The notes below the pieces were generated by a model. It was not told where the DNA came from, searched no databases, and saw only the letters and a list, made by a program, of their open reading frames with translations. Of a DNA stretch of 55,636 bases, positions 1 to 9,775 are shown one piece after another (within the stretch, counting starts at the first letter, position 1; every line of letters begins with the position of its first letter). Made by a program: the position numbers and the translations under genes. The stretch comes from Planctomycetota bacterium (GTDB lineage: Bacteria > Planctomycetota > B15-G4 > JADJEK01), in NCBI GenBank assembly GCA_044225365.1, contig JBGAIQ010000037.1, forward strand, positions 1 through 55,636, written 5' to 3'.

Positions 1-567
1 AACCTCGCAGAAGGGCTGCGAGAGCCGACGCACGCTCTCAAGGCCCTGTGCGCCTTGCTGCGCGGGCGTTGGTACGCGTTCCGTTACGGTAGCCGGCTGC
101 GCGCCGGCAAGAACTTTCGTTGCTACGGGAAGCTCGCGCTGCGGGGGAGCGGGAAAGTGGTCGTGGGCGACGACGTCGTCTTCAGCGCGAATCTGCGACA
201 CGTCTATCTCGGCGTGTCGTCGCCCGCAGCGGAGATCCGGCTCGGGGACCGAGTCTGGCTGAACGGGACGTCGATCAGTTGCAGCGATCGCGTCACCATC
301 GGCCATCGCGCGCTCGTCGGTCGGGTCGACCTGATCGATCACGAGTTCCACGATCCGCGTGATCTCTCGCGCAAGCGCGCGATCCGCAGTGCTCCGATCG
401 TCCTCGAAGACGATACGTGGGTGGGGAACGACTGCCTGATCCTGAAAGGGGTGACGATCGGGCGCTACAGCGTGATCGGCGCGCGAACGGTCGTTCGTAA
501 ATCACTCCCGGGTCGCGTCGTCGCGATCGGCAATCCTGCGCAGATCGTGAAGCGCCTCGATCCGTAG
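1..567 (+). CDS. Hexapeptide-repeat (left-handed beta-helix) O-acyltransferase, maltose/galactoside acetyltransferase-like; probably 5'-truncated by the window edge
   Basis: C-terminal LbH signature 'PIVLEDDTWVGNDCLILKGVTIGRYSVIGARTVV...VAIGNPA' and 'IDHEFH'. The frame is open from base 1; the ORF track starts it at TTG 55. Confidence 0.85.
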   Translation, partial: NLAEGLREPTHALKALCALLRGRWYAFRYGSRLRAGKNFRCYGKLALRGSGKVVVGDDVVFSANLRHVYLGVSSPAAEIRLGDRVWLNGTSISCSDRVTIGHRALVGRVDLIDHEFHDPRDLSRKRAIRSAPIVLEDDTWVGNDCLILKGVTIGRYSVIGARTVVRKSLPGRVVAIGNPAQIVKRLDP

Positions 568-649
568 CGGCTTCGTTCGCGGCAAACTCCGAATCGTGGC
601 CCGCGAACATCGAAGCGAGCGACGCCGATGTACGAGGACGAGCCGATCG

Positions 650-844
650 TTTCACACGGAGGACCACGGAGGCCAGAGGAGGTCCACGGAGGTCGGAGAA
701 GAGCAGAAGTTCAAAAGGGGCTGTCCTCCGCACGCACCGCGATCTCCGAGGCGCAAACATTCGTGAGGACCGCCGAGCTGGCCCCCTTTCCAATTTCCTG
801 CGCTCCGTGGGCCTCCTCTTACCTCCGTGAACCTCCGTGGAAAA
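650..844. repeat. MITE/REP-like palindromic element, complete copy (~195 bp, ~42-bp imperfect terminal inverted repeats)
   Basis: Left arm 650-692 has four tandem 10-mers (CACACGGAGG ACCACGGAGG CCAGAGGAGG TCCACGGAGG). Right arm 803-844 is their reverse complement. Inner complementary pairs are AAAGGGG(714-720)/CCCCTTT(783-789) and GTCCTC(723-728)/GAGGAC(765-770). Confidence 0.85.
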
Positions 845-904
845 CTCCGGATCGGTCCCGGCAAGTGCACGCGTGAATGCAAGGGCGAGCGGCGCAGTCG
901 TCCT

Positions 905-999
905 CGAGGACGAGCCGATCGTTTCACACGGAGGACCACGGAGGCCAGAGGAGGACCACGGAGGTCGGAGAAGAGCGGAGGTCTGAAAAGGGGCCGTCC
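905..999. repeat. Second (left-half) copy of the same element
   Basis: Near-identical direct repeat of 633-726 (CGAGGACGAGCCGATCGTTTCACACGGAGG...AAAAGGGGCyGTCC); no right arm before the stop codon at 1047. Confidence 0.85.
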
Positions 1000-1046
1000 G
1001 TCCCGCGCGGTGTCAACCGAATCGCCTCGGCATCCGCGTGGGATCT

Positions 1047-3566
1047 TCAGTTCTCGACCGTGAAGACGCCGCCCGCGAGGTCCTCGAGGCCGGCGCCATC
1101 GAGGAGGGGGAGTTCGACGTCGATCGCGAGCGTCGCGACGTCATCGAACGGAAGCGCGATCGTCGCATGACCCGTTGCGTCGAGTTTCGAGGCGGCGTGC
1201 GCGAAGGATCCGCACCGCGATACGTGGCGCAATCGCCAATCGTTCTCGCTGGCGTCCTCGAAGCGTGAACTTGGCGCGGCAAAGACATCGATCTCCCGGC
1301 CCGCCGGACCCGCGAGGGCGAGCGTGAACGACTTCCCGTCCGGATTCCGCTTCACGGATTCGATCGATACGTGGCCGGGCGCGCGATCGAGGCAGCCCGT
1401 CTCGAGCAATTCGGTATGGAGCAACGTGATCGCGAACCAGAGTGGATTGCGCGTCTCGAAGCCTCCGAGCTTGTTCACGGGGATTCCGTATCGAATGCCG
1501 GTCTCCCGGTTCATTCCGAATCGGTAGCCGTACTTCGCGCGGTACTTCGCGAGCACTTCGCCGTGGAGGGCTGCGTACCACGCGATCCACTCGGCATCGC
1601 GTCCCGGTCGATCGATCTCGATCGTGCGTAGAAGTGCTCGAAACGCGTTCGCGGGAGGACCGGCGAACAGGTCGCCCATGTCGCCTTCCCAGGCGCGGCC
1701 CTCGGAGCACGGGCCGATGTAGTTGCCGATGAAGCAGGCGGCGATCATGTGCCACTGCCAACTCGACGCCTCGGTGTAATACCCGTCGTCGAGGAGCCGG
1801 CGGCGCAGATCGGCCTTCGCGAACTCGCGCAGCGTCTTCGAATACGGTTCGAACCGCGACGTCAGCGGGTTCAGTTCCACGGGCAGGTTGTGCAGACCGA
1901 CCGGGCCGGGAAACGCGCGCGGCTGATCGCCCGTCGTGAACGAGCCGAGACGGATCCCCTGGAGCCAAACCGTTTCGCCGTAGGGAACCGAGCGATCGAG
2001 GCGAAGGTCGGTCGCACGCTGCGTGAAGTCGAGCAGTTCCTTCGCAGCGCCGTCGCTGTAGCGATAGGCTTCGAGAGCGGTCTCCGTGTTGCGTCCGTAG
2101 TGGTCATCGGTGTCGTTCTCGAGGTCGTATCGCGTCGCGTCGAAGCCGCGATCGAACTTCGCGCAAGCGATGCGGATCGCGTCGAGATACTCCGGTTTCG
2201 GGTCGTCGCGCCAGACTCGCATCAAACCGACGGACGTGTCGAAGTCGTGGTACCAGGAGCGGTCGAATGCGATCGCCCAGGACTGGTCGTACGTACTTCG
2301 CTTCGGCGGTGCGAGCACGCCCTGCGGCGAGACTTTCTCCGGCATGCGACCGAACCAGTTTCCGCCGGCGCCGCGGCCGTAGGGCACGTTCTTCGGCAGG
2401 TCGTGTTCGCGACGCAGCTTCACCATCGCGTCCGCCATCTTTCCGGCGTAGAAGTGCGCGTAGTTGTGCAGCGATTTGTCGTCGGGGAACAGGTCCGCGA
2501 TCGAGAGCACGGTCGTGATGAAGTGCGTGGGGGAGAGCTCGGCACTCAGGACGGGCGCCTTCTTGCCGACGTCGTAGAGGCAGAACAAACCCGTCGGCGC
2601 GTAGACGTTGTTCTTCATCAGCGACAACGCGAAGCGACGGAGAGTCTCGCGTACGCGGGGGAGAAGAGCGTCGTCGTCGCCGGCGGCGCGCGGGATGCGG
2701 GCGTAGCGCAGCATCGCTTCGTGGATGCCGCGGATCCCGAGCACGTATTCCCGGCCGAGTTTCTCGCCGCTCTCGACGTCGTAGCCGCTCACGACCTGGT
2801 AGCCGGTCTCCGGGTCGACGATGCCGAGGCCGTTGCCGCCCGCGCCGCCGCTCGCGGGATCGAGATGGATGGAGAGGACGTCGCGCACGTCGTCGAGCAG
2901 CATCGTTCGCAGCTCCGCATGCGACACGCGCGGCAGGAAGTGCGCGCCGACGACATCGTCGACGTCGACCTCGCCGCCGATGCACGAGAGTGCGATGCGG
3001 CCCCAACTCGGAGGCGCTTCGCCCGCGAGATCCTCGAAGTCGCGCCCGATCCGCAGGCGATACGACACGAAACCCGACGGGTCCTCGCCGATCCTCTCGG
3101 CGACGAGCGAGCCGCCAACGCGCTCGGACGCGCCGAGCAGGTACGCGAGATCGCGCCCACCTTCGCTCTCGAACGTGACGACGAGCTTCGCGTCGTTCGT
3201 GCGCGGGCGCACGCGAAGCTCGACCGTGAAGCGGTTCGAGTACGGTCCGAGCAAGGTCAGCAACTGATCGACCCGCGGTTCGCCCGCGCGCAGTCGCAAC
3301 ACGTGATTGCCGTCGTCGAGTTCGATCACTCGACACCGCGGATCGCACTCCTTCGGTGCGAACGCGCCTTCCCAGTACGCTCCGTACTTCTTCGGATCGG
3401 TCGTCGAGTCGGCGACCATCTCGAATCCCGAGTCGAGGAGGAGGTCGACCGCGATCGCGTCCTTCGGCCCAGATGCCGGATCGACCGCTCGTGACGCCTG
3501 CGGTGCACACCACGCAGTGCTCGCCGAGAGCGCGCAGGCGACGAATCGTGCGAGCCCGATCTTCAC
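1047..3566 (-). CDS. Secreted hypothetical protein (839 aa); possible N-terminal carbohydrate-binding-like module and central helical glycosidase-like region
   Basis: Signal peptide 'MKIGLARFVACALSASTAWC'. 'LLLDSGFE' resembles a CBM-like start. The core is helical and aromatic/acidic-rich. The GTGA start overlaps the upstream gene's stop. Function is a guess. Confidence 0.7.
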   Translation of the reverse strand: MKIGLARFVACALSASTAWCAPQASRAVDPASGPKDAIAVDLLLDSGFEMVADSTTDPKKYGAYWEGAFAPKECDPRCRVIELDDGNHVLRLRAGEPRVDQLLTLLGPYSNRFTVELRVRPRTNDAKLVVTFESEGGRDLAYLLGASERVGGSLVAERIGEDPSGFVSYRLRIGRDFEDLAGEAPPSWGRIALSCIGGEVDVDDVVGAHFLPRVSHAELRTMLLDDVRDVLSIHLDPASGGAGGNGLGIVDPETGYQVVSGYDVESGEKLGREYVLGIRGIHEAMLRYARIPRAAGDDDALLPRVRETLRRFALSLMKNNVYAPTGLFCLYDVGKKAPVLSAELSPTHFITTVLSIADLFPDDKSLHNYAHFYAGKMADAMVKLRREHDLPKNVPYGRGAGGNWFGRMPEKVSPQGVLAPPKRSTYDQSWAIAFDRSWYHDFDTSVGLMRVWRDDPKPEYLDAIRIACAKFDRGFDATRYDLENDTDDHYGRNTETALEAYRYSDGAAKELLDFTQRATDLRLDRSVPYGETVWLQGIRLGSFTTGDQPRAFPGPVGLHNLPVELNPLTSRFEPYSKTLREFAKADLRRRLLDDGYYTEASSWQWHMIAACFIGNYIGPCSEGRAWEGDMGDLFAGPPANAFRALLRTIEIDRPGRDAEWIAWYAALHGEVLAKYRAKYGYRFGMNRETGIRYGIPVNKLGGFETRNPLWFAITLLHTELLETGCLDRAPGHVSIESVKRNPDGKSFTLALAGPAGREIDVFAAPSSRFEDASENDWRLRHVSRCGSFAHAASKLDATGHATIALPFDDVATLAIDVELPLLDGAGLEDLAGGVFTVEN

Positions 3567-4603
3567 GGTCGTTTCGTCTCTTGGCTTGCTGGTTTGGACT
3601 TCTCGCCCGTCCCATCTGGCGCGTTCTTCTCGGGTCGCGGGAAGAGATCGTCCGGCCAGATCTTCGCGCTCGCGATCAGTCCATCGACGAGCGACTTCAC
3701 GGCCGCGATTCGCTTCTGAGCGACGAGATGCAGGCGAACCATCTCCTGCGCGTCGGCGTACGACACGACGACGTCGGGGTCGCGCTTCACGACTCCGACG
3801 ACGAGGAAGGCCTCATCCGTCTCCGCGACCCCCGAGATGGCGCCCTCGGATCCGATCAGCACCGTCGGGCGCAAGTCGTCGATCAGCCCGGCCGCCGAAT
3901 TCTCGTCGAACGTCAGCTCCGAGCTGTCGAGCTTGTCGTTCGCCTTCGCGATCGATTCGAGGTCGCTCGCGACGTGACCGGAGAGGACCTTCGTCAGGAA
4001 CTCCTTGGCTTCGTCGCCCGACGTGAACTTCTTCTTCGATGCCGAGACGCGAACGACGTGCACTCGCCCCTTCTTGCGGAACTGATCCCGATTCGAGTTC
4101 CAGCAGGTCCGCATCTCGACCTCGCTCACTTGGAGCGAGCGGGCGAGTTCGGGACGAAGGAGCTTCCCATCCGGCACCTCGCCCAGGCAGCGTGCGATGT
4201 ACTCCTCGCCTTCGAGCGCGTGCCGCAACTCCATGCGATCTTGATCGAGCGTGCGACCGATGCGGCGCAGGAAGGAGCCGTAGCCCGCTTTCCCGCCGCA
4301 GTTCTTGATCCGGTTCGCGAGGGCTTCCGACAGACGATCGTCCGTGACGTCGACGTGCGCCTCCTTCGACTTCTGGTCGATCAAGCGCTCGATCACGAGC
4401 TGCTGCACCGTGGTGCGGACGACGTCTTCCTTCGCATCCTTGCCGCCGAGGATCTTCTCCACGTCGTCGGCCGTCACGGCCGAGCCGTTCACGGTCGCGA
4501 GCACCCGCGTGACGACGCGCGGCGGCTCGGCCCGGACCAGGTTCGAAGGGAAAACGAAGGTGAACAGCACGAGCGATGCGATGAACCGTGGGAGCGACGT
4601 CAT
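3563..4603 (-). CDS. SurA/PpiC-type periplasmic chaperone / peptidyl-prolyl isomerase-like protein
   Basis: Signal peptide; SurA-N-like 'RVLATVNGSAVT...QQLVIERLIDQ...VDVTDD'; C-terminal 'SYADAQEMVR...LIASAKI'; directly downstream of mfd with ATGA overlap. Confidence 0.75.
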   Translation of the reverse strand: MTSLPRFIASLVLFTFVFPSNLVRAEPPRVVTRVLATVNGSAVTADDVEKILGGKDAKEDVVRTTVQQLVIERLIDQKSKEAHVDVTDDRLSEALANRIKNCGGKAGYGSFLRRIGRTLDQDRMELRHALEGEEYIARCLGEVPDGKLLRPELARSLQVSEVEMRTCWNSNRDQFRKKGRVHVVRVSASKKKFTSGDEAKEFLTKVLSGHVASDLESIAKANDKLDSSELTFDENSAAGLIDDLRPTVLIGSEGAISGVAETDEAFLVVGVVKRDPDVVVSYADAQEMVRLHLVAQKRIAAVKSLVDGLIASAKIWPDDLFPRPEKNAPDGTGEKSKPASQETKRP

Positions 4604-7600
4604 GACGGTGCCTTGACAGTGGGACCGGAGCGCGTGCGTCGCATTCGATCGGAGAGGAAGGCGAGCACCCGATCGGGGCCGCGGATCTTGTCGGCCAGTC
4701 GCACATGGATCAGGCCATTGCTGAGCATGGCGGCCTCTTTCGACGAGAATGGCGACGACTTGTGGAACCAGCGGGGCTGCGCGAGTTCGAGAAGCACATG
4801 GTCGTCCCCAGGATACAGGAGACGGCGGATTCCCAGCGCGCGACAGGCGTGCTTCAACGCGAACACGGCGAGCAGGTTGGAGACCGGCTGCGGGATGCGC
4901 CCGAAACGGTCGCGCAGTTCGGCGGTGAACTCTTCGATCGCATCACCCTGCGTGGCGCCGAGCCGGCGGAGGATCTCCATGCGCTGGCCGGGATCCGGCA
5001 CGTACTCGGCGGGGAGGAACGCGACCACGCCGAGATCGACATCGGTGTCGAGCGGCGGAAGAGGCGGCTGATCGCCGCGCGCCCGCGCGACGGCTTCGGC
5101 GAGGAGACGGCAGTAGAGGTCGTAACCGACCGCGAGGATGTGACCGCTCTGGGCGGCCGAGAGGAGATCGCCCGCGCCGCGGATCTCGAGATCCTTGATC
5201 GAGATGTCGTAGCCGGCGCCGAGGTGGGACAGCTCTTCGATCGCCTTGAGCCGGCGTTCCGAATCCTGCGGAAGCGTCGACTCCTTCACGAGGAGGTAGC
5301 AGTGGGCCGGCACTTCGCTGCGCCCGACGCGACCGCGGAGCTGATGCAGATCAGCGAGGCCGAATAGCTCGGGTCGATCGACGAAGATCGTGTTCGCGCG
5401 CGGCAGATCGAGTCCGGACTCGACGATGCTGGTGGAGACCAGGACGTCCGCCTCGCCCTTCACGAAGCTCTGCATCGCACCTTCCAGTTCGTCGTCCGAC
5501 ATCTGGCCGTGAGCGATCGTGATCTTCGCGGTCGGGACCAGCGCCGCGACGCGATCGGCGGTGGCGCCGAGACTCTCGATCCGATTGTGGATGAAGAAGA
5601 CCTGTCCGCCGCGATCGAGTTCGAACAGGATCGCCTTGCGAACGAAGGCGTCCTCGAAGCGATGGATCTCGGTCTTCACCGGGCGGCGACCGGGGGGCGG
5701 AGTGCTCAGCGCGGAGATGTCGCGCAGGCCGACGAGCGCCATGTGGAGCGTGCGCGGGATCGGGGTCGCCGTGAGCGTGAGGACGTCGACGCTCGACTTC
5801 AGGAACTTCAGCGACTCCTTCGCCTTCACTCCGAATCGCTGCTCCTCGTCGACGATGACGAGGCCGAGGTCCTTGAACGCGACATCCTTGGAGAGGAGAC
5901 GATGGGTGCCGACGACGATGTCGATCTCGCCGCTCTGCAGGCGCTTCAACGTATCGCGCTGCTCGCTCGGCTTGCGGAAGCGTGAGAGCACCGCGATCTT
6001 GATCGGGTAGCTCGCGAAGCGGCGGGAGAAAGTCTCGTAGTGCTGCTCGGCGAGCAGCGTTGTGGGAACGAGCATCGCGACCTGACGTCCGCCGAGCACG
6101 ACGCGGAACGCGGCGCGCACGGAAACTTCTGTCTTGCCGAAGCCGACGTCGCCGCAGATCAGCCGGTCCATCGGGCGGCGCGAATCGAGGTCCTTGTGGA
6201 CGTCGAGCGTCGCGGTCCGTTGATCAGGGGTGTCGGAGTAGGGGAACGAGCTCTCGAATTCGAGGATCATCGAGTCGTCGCGCGGATGGGGCGCGCCGGG
6301 GCGCACCTCGCGTGCGGCCTGCACCTTGATGAGGTCCTGTGCGATGTCCTCGAGCGCGGCTTTGACCTTCGCCTTCTTGCTCGCCCACGACTTGCCACCG
6401 ATCTTGTCGAGCTTCGGCGGTGCGCCGCTAGGTCCGACGTAGCGCTGCACCAGCTCGATCTTCGCGGCGGGCAGATAGAAGATCGTGCCACCGTCGAACT
6501 CGAGGACGAGGAAGTCCTCCTCGCCCTGATCGCGCTTCATTCGCATCATCCCGTTGAAGCGGGCGATGCCGTGCGTCTGGTGAACGAGATAGTCCCCCGG
6601 ATGGAGCTCGAGCAGATTCGTGATCGCTCGCAGCGGGACACTGCTCTTGCGGGGGCGCGGTCGATGGATCCGCGGTTTGCCGAGGAGTTCGAGCGCGTTG
6701 AGGACGGCGATTCGTTCCGCGACGAGCTGGAATCCGGCGCGGACGTGGCCGACGCGGAGTTCGAGCCAGGGAGCGAGCAGCTCGCGTTCGGCGAGGAGAT
6801 GCGACATGCGCTTCTGCTCGCCGGCGCTCTCGCAGAGCACGACGATTCGATCGCAGCGCCGGCGCAATGCAGCGAGCGATTCGTGGAGCGACTCGACTCC
6901 GCCTCCGACGCCCGCGACCGACACGGTCTCGAGGTTCGCATCGAACTCGCCGTCGACTCGCGCAGCGGCGAGTTCGATTCCATTGCCTCGTTCCACGAAC
7001 TCTCGCGCGCGTCGCACTCGGTCTTGATCGATTCCGTGCGCGAAGGAGTGCTCCTCGATGCGATCGATCGTCCGCCGGGTCTCGGCATGGACGACGAGGA
7101 GTGCGGGGGAGAGTCGCTCGTGCAGCAGGATCGCGCGGGCGGTCTTGCCGCGCAGCTCGTCCTTGCGCAGGAGCGGGATCGCGATCCTCTTCAGCGAGGT
7201 GATCGAGAGTTGTGTCTCGGCGTCGAAGGCGCGGATCGATTCGACCACGTCGTCGAAGAACTCGATGCGCAGCGGGTTCTTCTCGCCGTAGGGGAAGACG
7301 TCGACGATATCGCCGCGCAGCGAGATTTCACCCGGGGCGCCGACGAGTGCTGCGGGCGCAAAACCGGTCGCACGCAGTTGTGCCGACAAGTCCTGGGCGT
7401 CCAGGGATCTGCCGACCTCGACGACGAGGGATCGCGACGTGATCTCTTCGTCGCGCGGCTGCGGCTCGAGGAGGACGGCAGCGGGAACGATGAACACGTC
7501 GCCGCGCGCGGGCCGCTTCAACGCCGCGAGCTGTAGCATTCGCTCCGATAGATCGGCCCGGCTTTCGGCTTCGTCGTCGTCGTCCTGCGCGGGGCGGAAG

Positions 7601-7842
7601 AGTCGGACGTTGGTGAGTTCCGCAGGCGAGAGCAGCGTCTCGAGGTCGTCCTCCAGCGCTTCGCCCGAAGAAACGTCCGGAACGACGACGAAGCACCCAT
7701 GCGACGACGCGAGGGTCGACACGACGACGGCCTGAACGGATCCCGAGAGACCTCCGAGCACGCAGCGCGAAGTCGCGCCGCGGACGCCGAGGTCGTCAAG
7801 ACTCTTCGGCGCTTTGAGCTCGATCCGGAGCGGTTCCATCAC
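4600..7842 (-). CDS. mfd: Transcription-repair coupling factor Mfd
   Basis: UvrB-like N-terminus (PGEISLRGDIVDVFP); CarD/RID 'GDYLVHQTHGIARF'; 'MDRLICGDVGFGKTEV'; 'VDEEQRFGV'; 'TATPIPRTL'; 'HQLRGRVGR'; 'DLEIRGAG'; TRCF C-terminus 'ELRDRFG'. Confidence 0.97.
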   Translation of the reverse strand: MMEPLRIELKAPKSLDDLGVRGATSRCVLGGLSGSVQAVVVSTLASSHGCFVVVPDVSSGEALEDDLETLLSPAELTNVRLFRPAQDDDDEAESRADLSERMLQLAALKRPARGDVFIVPAAVLLEPQPRDEEITSRSLVVEVGRSLDAQDLSAQLRATGFAPAALVGAPGEISLRGDIVDVFPYGEKNPLRIEFFDDVVESIRAFDAETQLSITSLKRIAIPLLRKDELRGKTARAILLHERLSPALLVVHAETRRTIDRIEEHSFAHGIDQDRVRRAREFVERGNGIELAAARVDGEFDANLETVSVAGVGGGVESLHESLAALRRRCDRIVVLCESAGEQKRMSHLLAERELLAPWLELRVGHVRAGFQLVAERIAVLNALELLGKPRIHRPRPRKSSVPLRAITNLLELHPGDYLVHQTHGIARFNGMMRMKRDQGEEDFLVLEFDGGTIFYLPAAKIELVQRYVGPSGAPPKLDKIGGKSWASKKAKVKAALEDIAQDLIKVQAAREVRPGAPHPRDDSMILEFESSFPYSDTPDQRTATLDVHKDLDSRRPMDRLICGDVGFGKTEVSVRAAFRVVLGGRQVAMLVPTTLLAEQHYETFSRRFASYPIKIAVLSRFRKPSEQRDTLKRLQSGEIDIVVGTHRLLSKDVAFKDLGLVIVDEEQRFGVKAKESLKFLKSSVDVLTLTATPIPRTLHMALVGLRDISALSTPPPGRRPVKTEIHRFEDAFVRKAILFELDRGGQVFFIHNRIESLGATADRVAALVPTAKITIAHGQMSDDELEGAMQSFVKGEADVLVSTSIVESGLDLPRANTIFVDRPELFGLADLHQLRGRVGRSEVPAHCYLLVKESTLPQDSERRLKAIEELSHLGAGYDISIKDLEIRGAGDLLSAAQSGHILAVGYDLYCRLLAEAVARARGDQPPLPPLDTDVDLGVVAFLPAEYVPDPGQRMEILRRLGATQGDAIEEFTAELRDRFGRIPQPVSNLLAVFALKHACRALGIRRLLYPGDDHVLLELAQPRWFHKSSPFSSKEAAMLSNGLIHVRLADKIRGPDRVLAFLSDRMRRTRSGPTVKAPS

Positions 7843-8548
7843 GCTTCAATTCACGCAGCGCGAGCCTGGCGGCGCGCTGCTCGGCGATCTTCTTGGTCTT
7901 GCCCTTGGCCGGGGCGAACAGTCGGTCGCCGATCCGCGCAGCGATGACGAACTCTTTCTTGTGGTCGGGCCCGACCTCGTCGAGTACCGAGTACGTGGGG
8001 TGCTTGCCGAAGAGACGTTGGGTCGACTGCTGCAACGCGGCTTTGTAATTCGCTGCGGATCGCTTGGTCCCGAGCTTCTTGATGTCCTCTTCGAGCCAGC
8101 TCACGATGAGATCGCGCACCGTTTCGAAGTTCGAATCGAGGTAGATCGCGCCGACGATCGCTTCGAGCGCATTGGCGATCAACGACTGAGGCACGCCGCG
8201 GCCCTTGCGAATGCCCTTTCCGACGCGCAGGTACGATGCCACGGCGAATCGCTTGCCGATCTCGACGAGCGCCGCGCCGGACACCACCGACGACTTGAGC
8301 CTCGTGAGGTCGCCTTCGGTCTGGGTCGGGAAAGCGTTGAACAGATGAGTCGCGACGGCGAGGCCGATCACCGAGTCGCCGAGGAACTCGAGACGCTCGT
8401 TCGCGTCCGTCCACGGATCGCGGAGCGACGAGTGCGTGAGCGCAAGGCGAATGAGCTCGCGGTTCGAGAAGCGGTAGTTCAGCCGCCCCTCGAGCTCCGT
8501 GATCTTCTTGTCGCGCTCCTTCTCGAGCGCGGCCTTCTTGTCGGTCAC
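7796..8548 (-). CDS. rnc: Ribonuclease III
   Basis: 'ALTHSS', 'NERLEFLGD', 'ANALEAIVGAIYLD' and dsRBD 'NYKAALQ...GPDHKKEF...GKTKKIAEQRAA'. True start taken as GTG 8548, overlapping the dgt stop (GTGA); the longer ORF-track call from 9010 overlaps dgt. Confidence 0.95.
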   Translation of the reverse strand: MTDKKAALEKERDKKITELEGRLNYRFSNRELIRLALTHSSLRDPWTDANERLEFLGDSVIGLAVATHLFNAFPTQTEGDLTRLKSSVVSGAALVEIGKRFAVASYLRVGKGIRKGRGVPQSLIANALEAIVGAIYLDSNFETVRDLIVSWLEEDIKKLGTKRSAANYKAALQQSTQRLFGKHPTYSVLDEVGPDHKKEFVIAARIGDRLFAPAKGKTKKIAEQRAARLALRELKRDGTAPDRAQSAEES

Positions 8549-9696
8549 ACTCGCTCCGAAGGATCGAACAACTTGCGATAGTCCTGCTCGGCGTAGCGGT
8601 CCGTCATGCCGGCCAGGTAGTCGCAGACCGCGCGCTCGACGCCCTCGCTCTCGGCCCACTTCTGGAACTCGGGGGGGAGGAGCTCCGGCCGGTCCACGTA
8701 GGCATCGAACAACTGAGCGAGGAGGCGCTTCGCCTTGTCCATCATGCGCACCACGCGGTAGTGGCGATAGAACTTGGCGAACAGGTACTCCTGCAGGATC
8801 TCGAGGTCGCGCTCCATACCGAGGGAGAACGCGACCAATGGACCCCGCTCGCGTGCGTCGTGTGCGTTCGAAGGATCTGCTTCGCGCAGTCGCTCGCTCG
8901 AAGTCTCGATCAGATCGGCGATCATCGCCTTGACGATCTTGTTGATCGCGACGAGGCGAACGTCGCTCTCCGACTTGCTGCCGATCTCCTTGACCGCGGC
9001 CTCGAGACAACGTCCGAACAGCGGGACGTCGACCGCGACGTCGTGGAGATCGAGGATGCCCGCGCGCAGGCCATCGTCGAGATCATGGTGGTTGTAGGCC
9101 GTCGAGTCCGCGAGGTCGACGAGCGTCGTCTCGAGCAGCGGCTTGCGCATCGGCGTGAACTCGTTCGTCTGCGCATCGGGCCCGGTCGGCCCGTGCTTCA
9201 GGATCGCTTCGCGGAGCTCGAAGGAGAGGTTGAGTCCCGCGAATCCCGGATATCGGCGCTCGAGCCGATCGACGATACGCAACCCTTGGACGTTGTGCTC
9301 GAAGCCCCCGAGATCCTTCATCTTCTGGTGGAGGACCTCGCCACCGGCGTGGCCGAACGGCGGATGTCCGAGATCGTGAGCGAGCGACAACGCCTCGACG
9401 AAGGTCTCGTTCAGGCCGAGCGCGCACGCGACCGAACGCGCGATCTGCGACACTTCCAAGGAGTGGGTCAATCGCGTTCGATAGTAGTCGCCCTCGTGAT
9501 ACACGAAGACTTGCGTCTTGTACTCGAGACGACGGAAGGCCTTGGAATGCAGGATCCGATCCCGGTCCCGCTGATACATGGTGCGATGCCGATCCTCGGG
9601 TTCGAAGTGCGCACGACCCCGCGAATCCAAGGACAACACGGCGTAGGGCGCGAGGGTTCGTCGCTCGCGTTCCTCCAGTTCGGCTCGAAGTAACAT
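8545..9696 (-). CDS. dgt: Deoxyguanosinetriphosphate triphosphohydrolase-like HD protein
   Basis: 'QRDRDRILHSKAFRRLEYKTQV', 'RTRLTHSLEV', 'AHDLGHPPFGHAG', 'AYNHHDLDDG', 'DYLAGMTDRYA'. Confidence 0.93.
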   Translation of the reverse strand: MLLRAELEERERRTLAPYAVLSLDSRGRAHFEPEDRHRTMYQRDRDRILHSKAFRRLEYKTQVFVYHEGDYYRTRLTHSLEVSQIARSVACALGLNETFVEALSLAHDLGHPPFGHAGGEVLHQKMKDLGGFEHNVQGLRIVDRLERRYPGFAGLNLSFELREAILKHGPTGPDAQTNEFTPMRKPLLETTLVDLADSTAYNHHDLDDGLRAGILDLHDVAVDVPLFGRCLEAAVKEIGSKSESDVRLVAINKIVKAMIADLIETSSERLREADPSNAHDARERGPLVAFSLGMERDLEILQEYLFAKFYRHYRVVRMMDKAKRLLAQLFDAYVDRPELLPPEFQKWAESEGVERAVCDYLAGMTDRYAEQDYRKLFDPSERV

Positions 9697-9775
9697 GCCG
9701 GCATCGTATCAAGCGGACGGTATCGGCGCACGGCCGTGCGCCCGCATCCACGGACGCCGCGGTGGGGCACGACCC

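Noticed and set aside
633-999. CRISPR array or small ORFs (628..876, 652..939, 827..1063) in the repeat region
   Set aside because: Units are contiguous 10-mers in inverted arms with no regular unique spacers and no cas genes; the ORFs are translations of the repeat.
8549-9010. N-terminal extension of RNase III as in the 404-aa ORF call
   Set aside because: It overlaps dgt in another frame and is Arg-rich noise; the coupled GTG at 8548 gives a normal-length RNase III.
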